Below, piece by piece: positions 39,230 to 51,216 of a stretch of 64,000 bases of DNA. The notes under the pieces were generated by a model. The model did not search any database and was not told the origin of the DNA. It was given only the letters and a program-made list of their open reading frames with translations. Where the stretch lies: positions 248,001 through 312,000 of the forward strand of contig NC_043011.1 of NCBI RefSeq assembly GCF_006345805.1, given 5' to 3'. Both the position numbers and the translations under genes were made by a program. This stretch comes from Octopus sinensis. Lineage: Eukaryota. The number at the start of each line of letters is the position of its first letter. Position 1 is the stretch's first letter.

Positions 39230-39915
39230 ACAAAAACTCACACACAGACGTACACCTATTAGCTGCCACACCATTAGGAGAAATACGGTGCATATATAAA
39301 ATATTACAAGCGTTGCCTTAAAAAGTATAAAACTAGAATTGAAAAATGCGCATGCTCAAAGAGTTACAGAATGTCATAACAAACCTTAAAAAGTTTGGGA
39401 ATAGCACTGTTCTTAAAAAATATTGGAATCACTATTATTTGTTCATTCTTTGGCTTCCTTTTATCATCAGAATTTTTTTTAGTTCATCGAAATTAAGTTA
39501 TATTAAAAATTAATTAAGTTAAATTATCATATACTCAGTCTTAACAAAACAATTGTGTACAAATATTAATGTCGTCTTTACGCAATAATTCAATCTATGA
39601 ATGACAATTTTTATAAATTTACAAGTAATCAATCAAAAATATTTTAGTAATAATTTGTTTAATTCGCATAACTGTTCCATTAATATGTGTATCATAATGC
39701 GAATTATCTTTGCTCATAATTATTTTGGTTTTGTACTTTCGCTGTTATATAGATTCGACTTCATCATAAATCCAGTTATATTTTATATTATCGTGGTAAT
39801 TTGCATGCAGGGTGAAATATGCTTTTTTATATATACTTTAGTATGTAGAGTATTGAATCTATTTATTCGAAGTTAAAGATTATATTTTGTACACTCAAAC
39901 TTTTATATTAAGAAT

Positions 39916-40822
39916 CAGGTCATCCCATAAGTTCTGTCCGAATTTTGAATAAAGAAAATAAGTGATCAAATGTTACACTTAATTGAAATTTAATCATCAA
40001 TGTACTTTCCCTGATTATCTATGATTTCCTTCCATCTATTTACAAGCTTTTTAATCCCATCAATGTAAAACTCTTTTGGTTTCAAAGCGAAGAACTCTGA
40101 AATGTCAGTTTCGACCTCCTCCTGGCTTGCCAAAGTTATGTCCCCCAAATGATTCTGTAAACTACGAAACAAATGGTAGTCTGGAGGAACAAGGTCGGGA
40201 AAATAAGGCGGATGAGGAATTTTTTCCCAACCAAACTCTTCGATCTTCTTTGATGTGATCTTTGCAGTGTGGGGTCGCGCATTGTCCTGATGATACATCA
40301 TTTCTTTTCGATTCACCGAAGCGGGTCTTTTCTTCTTCAAAGCTTGGTGCAAACGCTCTAATTTCTGACAGAAGACTTAAGCATTGATTGTTGCACTAGG
40401 TGGTAACAATTCAAAGTGAATTATTCCTCTGCAATCCCACCAGATAGAGAGAAGAACCTTTTTCCCATGAATTTCCCTTCTCGGTTGTGGTTGAGCTTTT
40501 TCCCTTTTACCAAGCCACTGTTTACGACGTTTAACATTTCGATAGAAGATCCATTTTTCGTCACCAGTCACAAGTCTATCCAAAAAGGGTGAAATGAGTT
40601 CGAGAGAATGGAGAGAATAGCAGATGTCAACTCGGGATTTGTTGTTGCTTTCGGACAATTCATAAGGCACCCATTTTCCAAGTTTAAGAACCTTTCCAAG
40701 TTGTTGAAGATGACAATGAAGAGTTGTATGGTTTGAACTAAGCTTTATCGCCAATTCTTCAACTGATCATGTAGGATTTTCTTCAAGCAATACCTCAAGG
40801 AGCTTATCATCAAGCTCAACTG
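39916..40822 (-). mobile_element. Mariner (D,D34D) transposase remnant, 5' end lost at a SINE insertion
   Basis: ORFs 40377-40754 and 39990-40352 contain WVPYEL, VTGDEKWIFY, HQDNARPH and YFPDLVPPDYHLF. Frameshifted. A SINE family 3 copy sits at about 40825-40980. Confidence 0.9.
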
Positions 40823-43800
40823 GAAAGGCTTAGCAGTAATTCGTCCGTACTCACATCCTGAGTTCGAATTTCGCCGAGGTCGGCTTTGGCTTTTATCCTT
40901 TTGGGGTCGATAAAATAAGTACCAACTGAACATTGGGGTCAATGTAATCGACTCATTTCCCTCCCCCAAAGTTGCTGCCATTATTATTTGGTTAGATTAA
41001 TCAGAATTTGGGAAGAAACTTATTTTTTTGTCAACTCCAAGAGGTTAATGCAGAAAACAATATTATTGTTGTTGTTGTTGTTGTTGTTGTGGTTGTTCTG
41101 TTTATCAATTTTTTTTTCACGTTCTCAATATTTGTTTCCACACCTCGTCCATATGTTACCACCATCCCACAGAGTTCGCTAGTTTACTTGAGAGAAAGCT
41201 ATATGATATCGCATTAATATCAATTATCCCAATATAGCTTTCAACTAGGGCCTCTAGCGTGTGATTGATTGTGTTGTTGTTGTTGATGATATCATCACCG
41301 CTGCACCCCAAAATAGTAGCACTGCTACTCGTAGTAGTATTTGTAACAGCAGCAGCCGCAGCAGCACCGGCAGCAACAGTAGCAGCAGCAGAAGCTGTCA
41401 TTGTTGTTGATGTTTTAAATTTTGTTATTGCTGTGCAGTATGAAGACGTGTGCCTCAGTGGTTAAGTTATTCGGCTCACAATCATAAGGTCGTGTGTTCG
41501 ATACTCGGCAGCTAATAATGTTCTTGAGCAGGACCTTTTTATCATGTTGCTCCAGTCCACTCAGCTGGCAGAAATGAGTCGTACCGGTATTTCAAAATAG
41601 GGCCCTGAAACTCCCCAAGAACTACATTTAGAGTACGCATGTCTGTGGAGTACTCAGCCATTTGCACGTTAATTTCACGAGTTGGCGGTTCTGCTGATCA
41701 GATCAACTGGAACACTCATCGTCGTAACTGATGGAGTACCAGTTAGTTTATGGCTGTGTAGCGCACTGGCAGGTTGGAAGTCAGTAGAGCGCCAGAAAAC
41801 ACGGATTGTAATATTTAATCACTCACCGTGTTCAAATCCCGTCTGGGTCAACTTTGGCTTTCATCATTCCGGGGCGTCGATAAAATAAAATCTTGAACTC
41901 GGTTTAATCGACCATGCCTTCCCTCATGCAACAATCTGAAAGTTCATGTCTATGGTAGAAATACTGACTAAGCTGACATAGGATCAAATACTTTCCTTCC
42001 GTGACGATCCCATCTGTTTCATTGGGACAATGACCCTTCAGAGTTTTTTTCTAGGAAGGCAAGGTATATTTTTGGTCAAGATTTGCTTACTATTTCTAGC
42101 AAGCAAAGGTTCTTCGTTTCACTATTGAAGTGAAGAAGACAAGACACGATTACTAAAATGAAGAATAAAATACCTGGTGGTATTGACTGACATCCTTTGT
42201 TATTTTAGTTCAAATACCAGCGGAGTCGACTTTGCCTTGTTTCCTTCTTGGGTTCATGACAAAAATTACCAGTGATACACTGAGGGACATTTCTCAAGAA
42301 TTCAATGCTATTATTTCTGTTAAAGAGTTGGTCTCTGGAGACGATGAAATAAGCATCAATTACTCTCTTTTTATTATCTTTTACTTGTTTCAGCAATTGG
42401 TCGACCGGGAATATAGTAGAAGACACTTGCACAAGGTGCCACGCAGTGGGACTGAACCCAGAACCATGCGGTTGGGAAGCAAGCTTCTTACCACACAGCC
42501 ACACCACAATATCGGAGAATTTAGAACTTCCAGGTTTATCGGTGCCTAGGAATAGTTTTTGGACCTAGGCAGAGGGAGTCATTAATTTCATAGACACCAC
42601 TAAAAGTTAGGGTTCCACCATACAAAGTGTCTTTCCCTTTCTTTTAAGGCTTAAAACACATGTGGGGGATTTGACAGTTACTTCTAGCAGATATACGTAG
42701 TTTTCTTGGTTGACTCGACTGGTACCAGTTATCTCCTAGGTTCAAGGTACCTTAAAAACAAGTTGTATTGCCAGTCCAAAGATAGTTATCGTATTAAATT
42801 AACAATCTTTCTTTTAAAATTCTTATCTTTTACCCTTCACTTTTTCTCGAAAACATCGAGAACATTCCATGACTGAGTTTTGTCAGCTTCTGTACAAATA
42901 AGTGTTGATGGAGCCAGCGTTACGGTTTCGATTTCTGATTGAAATCATTTTACGTTACTTTGGAAGAATGAAGAAAATGTCTGAAGCGGCTCCCTCTAAG
43001 CATATCTATAAAACAGAGAGGAAAAAAAGAATTTATGCTATTTTATCTCAAAAATTTCCAACAACATTGTTGCTATTTGTGGTGGTGTTGTCGTCATGGT
43101 GGGGATGGTGGCCGTCGTTGTTTTTGTTGTTGTTTGTTTGTTTGTTGCTGTTGTTGTTACTATTATCCTATAGTAGAAAGGATTGTTATCATCATCATCA
43201 TCATCATCATCATCATTATTATTATTATTATTATTGATTTTTAACAGTCGAAGCTTTCAGACGATGTCATCAGAATTTCTTCTAATCAACGGAAAGATGT
43301 TGCTGTTGATTATTATAAAAATAGTAGTAGTAGTAGTAGCAGCAGCAGCAGCAGCAGCGGCGGCGGCAGTGGCAGCAGTAACAACAGTATCTGCAGCAGC
43401 AGTAGCATTTGCAGGAACTTCTGCAGCAGCAGCAACAGCATTGATATCCATAGTGATGATGATGATGATGAGTAGCGATTTGCAGAATTCCATCTTTCTT
43501 CAGATATTGTCTGCTGATCTCCTAATGATTAATATCCCAACTCTTTACTTTTAATTAGCAACGAACATAAAACCGAAGCCGTTTCTAAAATGTTAGCAGT
43601 CGCGCTTCTTTAAAAGAGAGGAATTCTTTAAAAAAAGCAAGCAGACAAAACTAACGCAAATAATAAAACCATTTGTTTTTTTAAAAAAAAGATATCTTAT
43701 CTGAATAGTTTTTCTTTCTATTGACGATGGCAGGAATGTTTGTCGTAGACTATATTACAACAACTGTCGTTGTTCTTGTTGTTGGTGTTGTTGTTAATTT

Positions 43801-43859
43801 AGTCATTTTTCGCGTAAACCTCACAACAAACACTTCAATCTGATCGTTTCATTTCCAGC

Positions 43860-44130
43860 CCTTTCTTCTTCTTCTTCTTCTCTCTTCTTTTCTCTTCTTC
43901 TTCTTCTTCTCTTCTTTTCTTCTTTTCTTCTTCTTCTTCTTCTTCTTCTCTTGTTTCTTCTTCTCCTTCTTCTTCTCTTCTTCTTCTTCTTATTCTTCTT
44001 TTCTTCTCTCCCTCTTCTTCTTCTCTTCTTCTTCTTCTTCTTCTCTTCTTCTTCTTCTTCTTCTTATTCTTCTTCTTCTTCTTCTTCTTCTTCTTCTTCT
44101 TCTTCTTCTCTTCTCTCTCCTCTTCCTAAC
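43860..44130. repeat. (CTT)n polypyrimidine tract
   Basis: Direct reading. Confidence 0.95.
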
Positions 44131-44295
44131 TATTAAATTTCTTTTCTGTATTTTGTTTTTAAAGTAACCCCATCAATATTCATCATTTTATTTTAGTTCA
44201 AATGTCGTCTGCTCCACAAAAAAACCCGACTGTCTGATCTACAAATTTTGCTAAACACACACATTCGGTAATATTGCTTTACACACACACGCACG

Positions 44296-44343
<48 letters not shown>

Positions 44344-44461
44344 TACATATCATACAGTCATACAAATGATATACATACACACCACACATATATATATATC
44401 TGTGTGTGTATACATGTATGTGTGTGTGTGTATATATATGTATGTATATATATACATACAT

Positions 44462-44493
<32 letters not shown>

Positions 44494-45306
44494 GCATATA
44501 TATACATATATACATATTTAAGATCATGTATAAAATATGTATATATGTATATGCGTACTTATATCTATATATGCATATATGTATATATGCTGATATGTAT
44601 ATATGTGTGCTTATGAATATATACGCACATACACATATATGCACCGGTCTGCATATAGAAACGCACGCGCTCATACACACATGTGGATACACATATACGT
44701 ACATACGTATGTGTAAGGACATATAAATCTTTGTGTATATAAATATACACACCACCGCACATTCGTGGAAACTAAGCATGATGACAAGATTTTCCCCCAT
44801 TTTCTCTCTTCCTTTATTATTTTACTTCAGTTTTTTATACTTATTACATCAACAACAACAACAATAACAGACACAAGGACAGCAGCTACAATAAAAAAAA
44901 TATCAAAATTAATTTTGATTTTAAACTTTGAGACAACCCAGCAAGTTCGGGTGAGGGGCTAAGTTGACCACACCGACCCCAGGGCTCAGCTGGTCCTTGT
45001 TTTATCAACCGTTAAAAAGACGAAAGGCAAAGTCGACCTCGACGGAATTTGAACTCAGAACGAAATGCTGCTAAGTATTTTGTTCGGCAAGCAAATGATT
45101 CTGTCGACTCTCTGCCATCCGGTCCCTGGAATTTGCAGAGATTCTGCTAGAATTTGAAACCAATATTATCTATTGAGTTCTTCATAATGTTTCAACTAAC
45201 GGTAATATACCTTTATATACAAATATGCAGACATACCTACATACCTACATACATACATACATATATACATATATACATACATACATACATGCACATATGT
45301 GTGTGA

Positions 45307-45340
<34 letters not shown>

Positions 45341-46314
45341 TATTATATATATATATACACAGACATACACATACATACATATGTGCATGTTTGTATGTAT
45401 GTATTCTCATGCATATAGTTGCATATTTAGACATGATCATATATATATTTAAAAGATAAACTTAATGATAAAGCTCTCAAAGTATCAAAACTCTGTGTGA
45501 AGATACTTTATTAAAGCATTAAGTCTAACAAAAGGTGTTCTGCTTCGGAACGTTTCAGACGAAACCGAACGTCTTTTGTTGCACTCATTATTTTAATAAA
45601 ACACGCATACGCACGCACATACATATATTCATATCCGTTTGAGTGCCAGAATGTATAGATGTGTGTGCCTTAATGTCTATGTGTGTAAATGTATTTATAC
45701 ATTTATGTATGTATGTATGTATGTATATATGTATGTATGTATATATGTATGTATGTGTGTTTAAGTATGTATGCGTGTGTATATGTATGTGTACACAAAC
45801 ACCACACACACACACACACATACATATATGTAAAAAGATTTGAAGTATATAATGTATATACATTGTGTAAATTAAATAGAAATCACAGAAGCGTACATAT
45901 ACAATTTTAGAAACGTCCTCCTATTTTATGAACTAAATTTGTGGCCGCCCTAGCGTTTCATAACATGTACAATGCTACAGGTTACCTGCTTGATATATAC
46001 AAACATATATATATATATCATACTTACGTACGTACACACATAGTTAGATATTAGTTGAAGAGTGGGAAAAAAACGTGCTTGTTTGTGTTTACTGGCGTGA
46101 AGAGAAAGTTTGCAACCAATAACAGCTATTATGGTAAAAATACCATCTTGTGTCTATCGTTAGTTTTAATATTTATAGTAAACAAAGTTATCAAAATAAT
46201 AGTAATAAACATATATATATATATATGTGTGTGTGTGGTGTGTGTGTGTGTATGTATGTATGTATGTATGTATGTATGTATGTATGTATGTATGTATGTA
46301 TGTATGTATGTATG

Positions 46315-48912
46315 CTGCAGATATTGGGGAGGCTTGGCCGACCCTTAAAAAGTCAGTTTATGATATAAGCAAGAAAATTCTGGGAGTGATACAAAGAAAG
46401 CATCAAGATTGGTTCAAAGAAAATGATGAACATATAGTTGATTTATTGGCTGATAAAAGACGTACTTTGTCACGCTATTTGTCAGCAAAGCCACAGGAAA
46501 GGGAAGTGTTGCATAGGGAACTTAAGGACGTAAAATCACGTGTGAGGCAAAAGCTCTCTCAGATGAGGGATACGTGGTGGAGTAAGAAGGCTGACGAGAT
46601 ACAGGCGGCATCAAATTCCAATAACACAAAGCTGTTGTATGGTCTCTTGCGAGAAGTTTATGGACCGACGTCTTCCCTGATGACACCACTTCGAAGCAGG
46701 GATGGTAAAGAACTTCTTCGTGATTCACAAGGAATTCTGCGAAGGTAGCAAGATCACTTTGATGAACTTTTGAATCAACAGTCTGTAGTTAGTGAGGATG
46801 TTCTCAATCTCATCCCTGGATTGCCTGTGAAGGCAGCACTCGCGGAAACACCAAAGTTGGAAGAAGTTGCAATGGTTGTCTCAAGGTTGAATAATGGGAA
46901 GTCACCGGGTATGGATAGCATACATGCGGAGTTGTTACAGCATGGTGGTGAGAAACTTCTGCAGAAACTTCACTCCTTGTTTGGTCAGATATGGACTAGT
47001 GGCTCTGTACCTGAGGACTGGAGAGATACAGTAATGGTGGTCATGTATAAGGGAAAGGGCAACAGGAATGATTGTGGTAATTATAGGGGAATATCATTGC
47101 TGTCTGCTGTAGGAAAGGTTTTATGCAGGATACTTCTGGATCGTCTGCTGAAATACATTGCAGATTGTGTTCTTCCAGAAAGTCAATCTGGCTTTCGTGT
47201 GGGACGTGGCACTGCTGATATAATCTTTTCAGCTATACAGCCTCAGGAAAAGTGTATGGAACAGGGTCTGGATTTGTACCAGGCTTTTGTCGATCTGACA
47301 AAAGCCTTTGATACCGTCAATAGAAAAGCATTGTGGAAAGTCCTCCAGAAACTTGGGTGTCCTGAAAAGTTCCTTGCTTTGATTAGGTCTTTTCATGAAG
47401 ACATGAATGGTAGGGTGAATGTTAGAGGGAAAATGTCGGAACCCATTGCAATACAAAATGGAGTGAAACAGGGGGATATTCTGGCACCGACCCTATTTTC
47501 CATATATTTCGCGATGGTGTTCCGTATTGCATTCAGAAACTGCAGATACGGTGTTTACGTCCATTATCGAACCTCTGGCAGCATATTTAATATGAGGCGC
47601 TTTGCTGCAAAAACAAAGATATTTACCTCTATCATAAGAGACATTTTGTATGCTGATGATTGTGAGCTGGTAGCACACACAGAGATTGATATGCAACACA
47701 TTTTGAATGCATTCTTTGATGCTTGCACTGCCTTAGGATTGACAGTCAATCTCAAGAAAACTGTTGTCATGCATCAACCTGCTCCTGGTAAGCAGTATAG
47801 TGAACCAAATATCTATGTGAATGGTAAACGACTTGATGTAGTTGATCAGTTTGTCTACCTGGGAAGCACTATTAATAGATATGGCAATGTGGATGATGAA
47901 ATTCCATATAGAATTAGGAAAGCAAGTGTTGCTTTCGGAAGGCTAGAAAAGCGCATCTGGAGTCGGCGAGACATATGCAGAAGGACAAAGATAAAGGTGT
48001 ACAAGGCATGTGTGCTCCCTTCCCTTCTCTATGCCTGCGAGACTTGGGTCACATATCGATACCACCTTAAACAACTGGAACGTTTCCATCAGATGTGCCT
48101 CAGACGGATCTATGGCATTAAGTGGAAGGACCGCATCAGTGATCTTGAAATATTGGAAGGCTCTCGGTGTGAAAGTATAGAAGCTCTTGTGTTAAAGTAA
48201 AGGCTCAGATGGAGTGGTCATCTGGTCAGAATGAAGGATTCAAGGATGCCAAAACAACTCTTTTATGGAGAGTTAGCTAAAGGAGAACGACTTCCACATA
48301 AACCAACAAAGAGGTATAAGGACTTGCTGAAGGCTTCCTTAAGAGATGCTTGCATCTCTCCTGACACATGGGAAGGCATAGCTATTGATCGTAGCAGGTG
48401 GAGAAGGATTGTGCATGAGGGGACCGCCACTTTTGAGAAATCTCGAGTTGCACATGAGAAAGTAAGGAGATATGTCAGGAAGGGCATCGCTGTTACACTT
48501 CCAGAAGGGAAGGGTCTTCCTTTGATTCTGACATGCAATGTCTGTGCAATACCCTGCCTCAGTAAAGCTGGACTCATGAGTCATCTTCGTAGTCATAAAA
48601 CGAGACAGATGAGTGACAACCTGGCCACTGGTGGTGGTGTAACACACCATACTAATCATATCTGTCGCGCATGTGGAAGAGAGAGTAATTCGGCAGGAGG
48701 ACTTAAACGACATGCAAAGGTACATGAAGCCCAGTTACAACTACAGCCGGCTATTACCAGTAAAGGTTTTAGTTGCCAATTTTGTACAAGACATTGTAGA
48801 TCTTTAGCTGGGCTAAGAAGTCACATTCGATCACAGCACCAGTAATAGTTAAGCTTCGTGCAATGTCCATACTCGATAACGAGGGGTCAGCCATAATGTA
48901 TGTATGTATGTA
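46315..48912 (+). mobile_element. RTE-clade LINE, 5'-truncated; RT domain plus three C-terminal C2H2 fingers
   Basis: One reading frame 46227-48845 broken only by TAG 46746-46748 and TAA 48198-48200. Motifs KSPGMDSI, NYRGISLL, FVDLTKAFDTV, GVKQGDILAPTLF, LYADD, FVYLGS and RLRWSGHLVRM. 3' hairpin CTCG-ATAA-CGAG and (TGTA)n tail. Confidence 0.95.
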
Positions 48913-49245
48913 CATAATTTTATTTCATCATCACCACACATCTAACAATTCCTGCAGCTACTTAATAAGCCTCGATATTTCACGACTCCACTGGTACATA
49001 CACGGCTCTAATATTCACATACCTACCTTATATTTCGGTATATTGGCTCATAATCAACGTAGCCTTCCATAGCAACGCCGTACATTATGCACGCTATATT
49101 AAATAACGCATTTGCCTTGTTTAATAAGTTTTTCACGCCTTAAAAAAGGCACATGCTTATCATACATTATCTGTGGTTTGCATTTATAAATGGACAATAC
49201 ATATATATTTCCGTGTTTGTGTTTATCTATGTATATTTATGCATG

Positions 49246-49342
<97 letters not shown>

Positions 49343-49351
49343 GTCTATCTG

Positions 49352-49406
<55 letters not shown>

Positions 49407-49462
49407 CTACTATCTATCTGTTTGTAGTCTGTTTGTTTGTCTGTCTGTCTGTTTGTCGTATA

Positions 49463-49515
<53 letters not shown>

Positions 49516-49516
49516 G

Positions 49517-49767
49517 GCGAGAAGGAAATGGAGAACGAACGACAAAACAGAAGTTGCGCTAGTAAGCCATTATTTAATTAGTAATAAAGGTGAATGAGTG
49601 AGAATGAAATTGTTTACGATCGTTTCTGTTTACCATGGTGAGGAAAATATACAGAAATGATCGTAAACACCTTCACTCTCACTCTCTCACCTTTATTAAT
49701 TAATTAACGGCTTACTAGCGCAAAAGACACACTTCTGTTTCTTGTTTGTCCTCCATTTTCTCCTCGC
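49517..49767. repeat. Imperfect foldback (~110-bp arms, ~21-nt loop)
   Basis: GCGAGAAGGAAATGGAG...GCGCTAGTAAGCC...GTTTACGATCGTTTCTGT pairs with ACAGAAATGATCGTAAAC...GGCTTACTAGCGC...CTCCATTTTCTCCTCGC. Confidence 0.85.
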
Positions 49768-50098
49768 TTATATTAAACTATGGTTACCCGCTAAATTACC
49801 TGCTGCCGTATAACTTTTACCAAGGAATGTACCCACTGAGGTAATTACCAGAAGTGCCTTTGGATGTATCTATCCCTTAGAGGCTTTAAAATACCAACAC
49901 CTCTAACTTATATCTGTATATATATATATAATATAAGGGATATTAGCCAACTGAATATGGCTAGGGACAGGGCAGGGTGGTGGGGGTGTCACTGTTGCAT
50001 TTAGCCCCAGGCGAACATCAACGTCACCAGATAGGCCGACGCCGTCACGGCGTCCTCTATCTTGCAAAGGGAGATCATTCCCCAAGAAGCGGATACCA

Positions 50099-50144
50099 CA
50101 CACGGACCTAGGTTTCAAGGTGTATTGCCTATTATCAACGTGTG
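50099..50144 (-). ncRNA. Type I hammerhead with U3-A8 core (mirror copy)
   Basis: Exact reverse complement of 50194-50239. Confidence 0.7.
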
Positions 50145-50193
50145 GTAGGCATCGCTTCTCGACGAACGACCTTCGCCCGAACGACTTGCCTAC

Positions 50194-50239
50194 CACACGT
50201 TGATAATAGGCAATACACCTTGAAACCTAGGTCCGTGTG
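50194..50239 (+). ncRNA. Type I hammerhead with compensatory U3-A8 core
   Basis: CACACG TTGATAA t AGG caataca CCT t GAAAC CTAG GTC CGTGTG. 6-bp stem I, palindromic stem III ACCTAGGT, GUC triplet 50231-50233. Confidence 0.7.
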
Positions 50240-50467
50240 TGGTATCCGCTTCTTGGGGAATGATCTCCCTTTGCAAGATAGAGGACGCCGTGACGGCGTC
50301 GGCCTATCTGGTGACGTTGATGTTCGCCTGGGGCTAAATGCAACAGTGACACCCCCACCACCCTGCCCTGTCCCTAGCCATATTCAGTTGGCTAATATCC
50401 CTTATATTATGGAGCAGTCACGTCTATATCTCATTTAGAGAATTCTTATTGCTATATATATATATAT

Positions 50468-50501
<34 letters not shown>

Positions 50502-50620
50502 TAATATCACTATATATATTATATATATATACATTATATATATAACACACACACACAAGATATATATATATATATATATATATAATGTATATATGATGTA
50601 TATATATAATATGTATATAA

Positions 50621-51141
50621 GTAGTGTACATTTAAACACAAAGAGAAATTACCTATAACAGGCAATTTCTACACGCTAGGAGACAGTCAAAACGACCGAA
50701 GACCACAAACTTTAAGCAGTTTCAAAGGGAATGAAAAAATAAAAACTTTTACCTTGTTTTTACGGTTATACCTATAGGTTTTGGATGATTTTAGTAAATA
50801 AAATAATTTACTAGGCAAGTCTTCATCAGTAACTGAGCCATACAAGACTAACCTATAATTATGAGACTAATAGCACGTGTCTCATCCTGATATGTTATAA
50901 TTTTTTCAAAATCCACCACGCAAGCGCACTTTCAGTCAGCAGAAAATGAAAAATGCGGAAACGAACTTTGAAAAGCTAATACCGATACTTAGATATATAT
51001 ACAGAGGGTAGTAAAACTTTTACAAATTTCACTACCAGTGGCCTAGCATGTATAAAAAGTCAATAGACGACATATTATTCAATATAAAGTAGTGAACATT
51101 TAAACACAAAGAGAAATTTATCTATAACAGGCAATTTCTAC
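50621..51141 (-). mobile_element. Short element bounded by ~52-bp direct repeats, with internal hammerhead
   Basis: GTAGTG(T/A)ACATTTAAACACAAAGAGAAATT..CTATAACAGGCAATTTCTAC at 50621-50672 and 51089-51141. Confidence 0.7.
50765..50833 (-). ncRNA. Type I hammerhead, G12A-inactivated
   Basis: Minus strand: GTTA CTGATGA ...TAGTAAAT tatttt ATTTACTA...cc AAAAC CTATAG GTA TAAC. Stem I GTTA/TAAC, palindrome ACCTATAGGT. Confidence 0.6.
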
Positions 51142-51159
51142 TGGCTAAGTATTGATGTG

Positions 51160-51191
<32 letters not shown>

Positions 51192-51216
51192 ATATAATAT
51201 ATATATATATATATAA

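Larger units (their letters stand above)
49928..50410. repeat. Long palindrome: 224-bp arms (49928-50151, 50187-50410), 35-bp spacer
   Basis: I saw no mismatches between the arms. The supplied ORFs 49903-50196(-) and 50142-50438(+) are identical from CLPHV to NIPYI. Confidence 0.95.
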
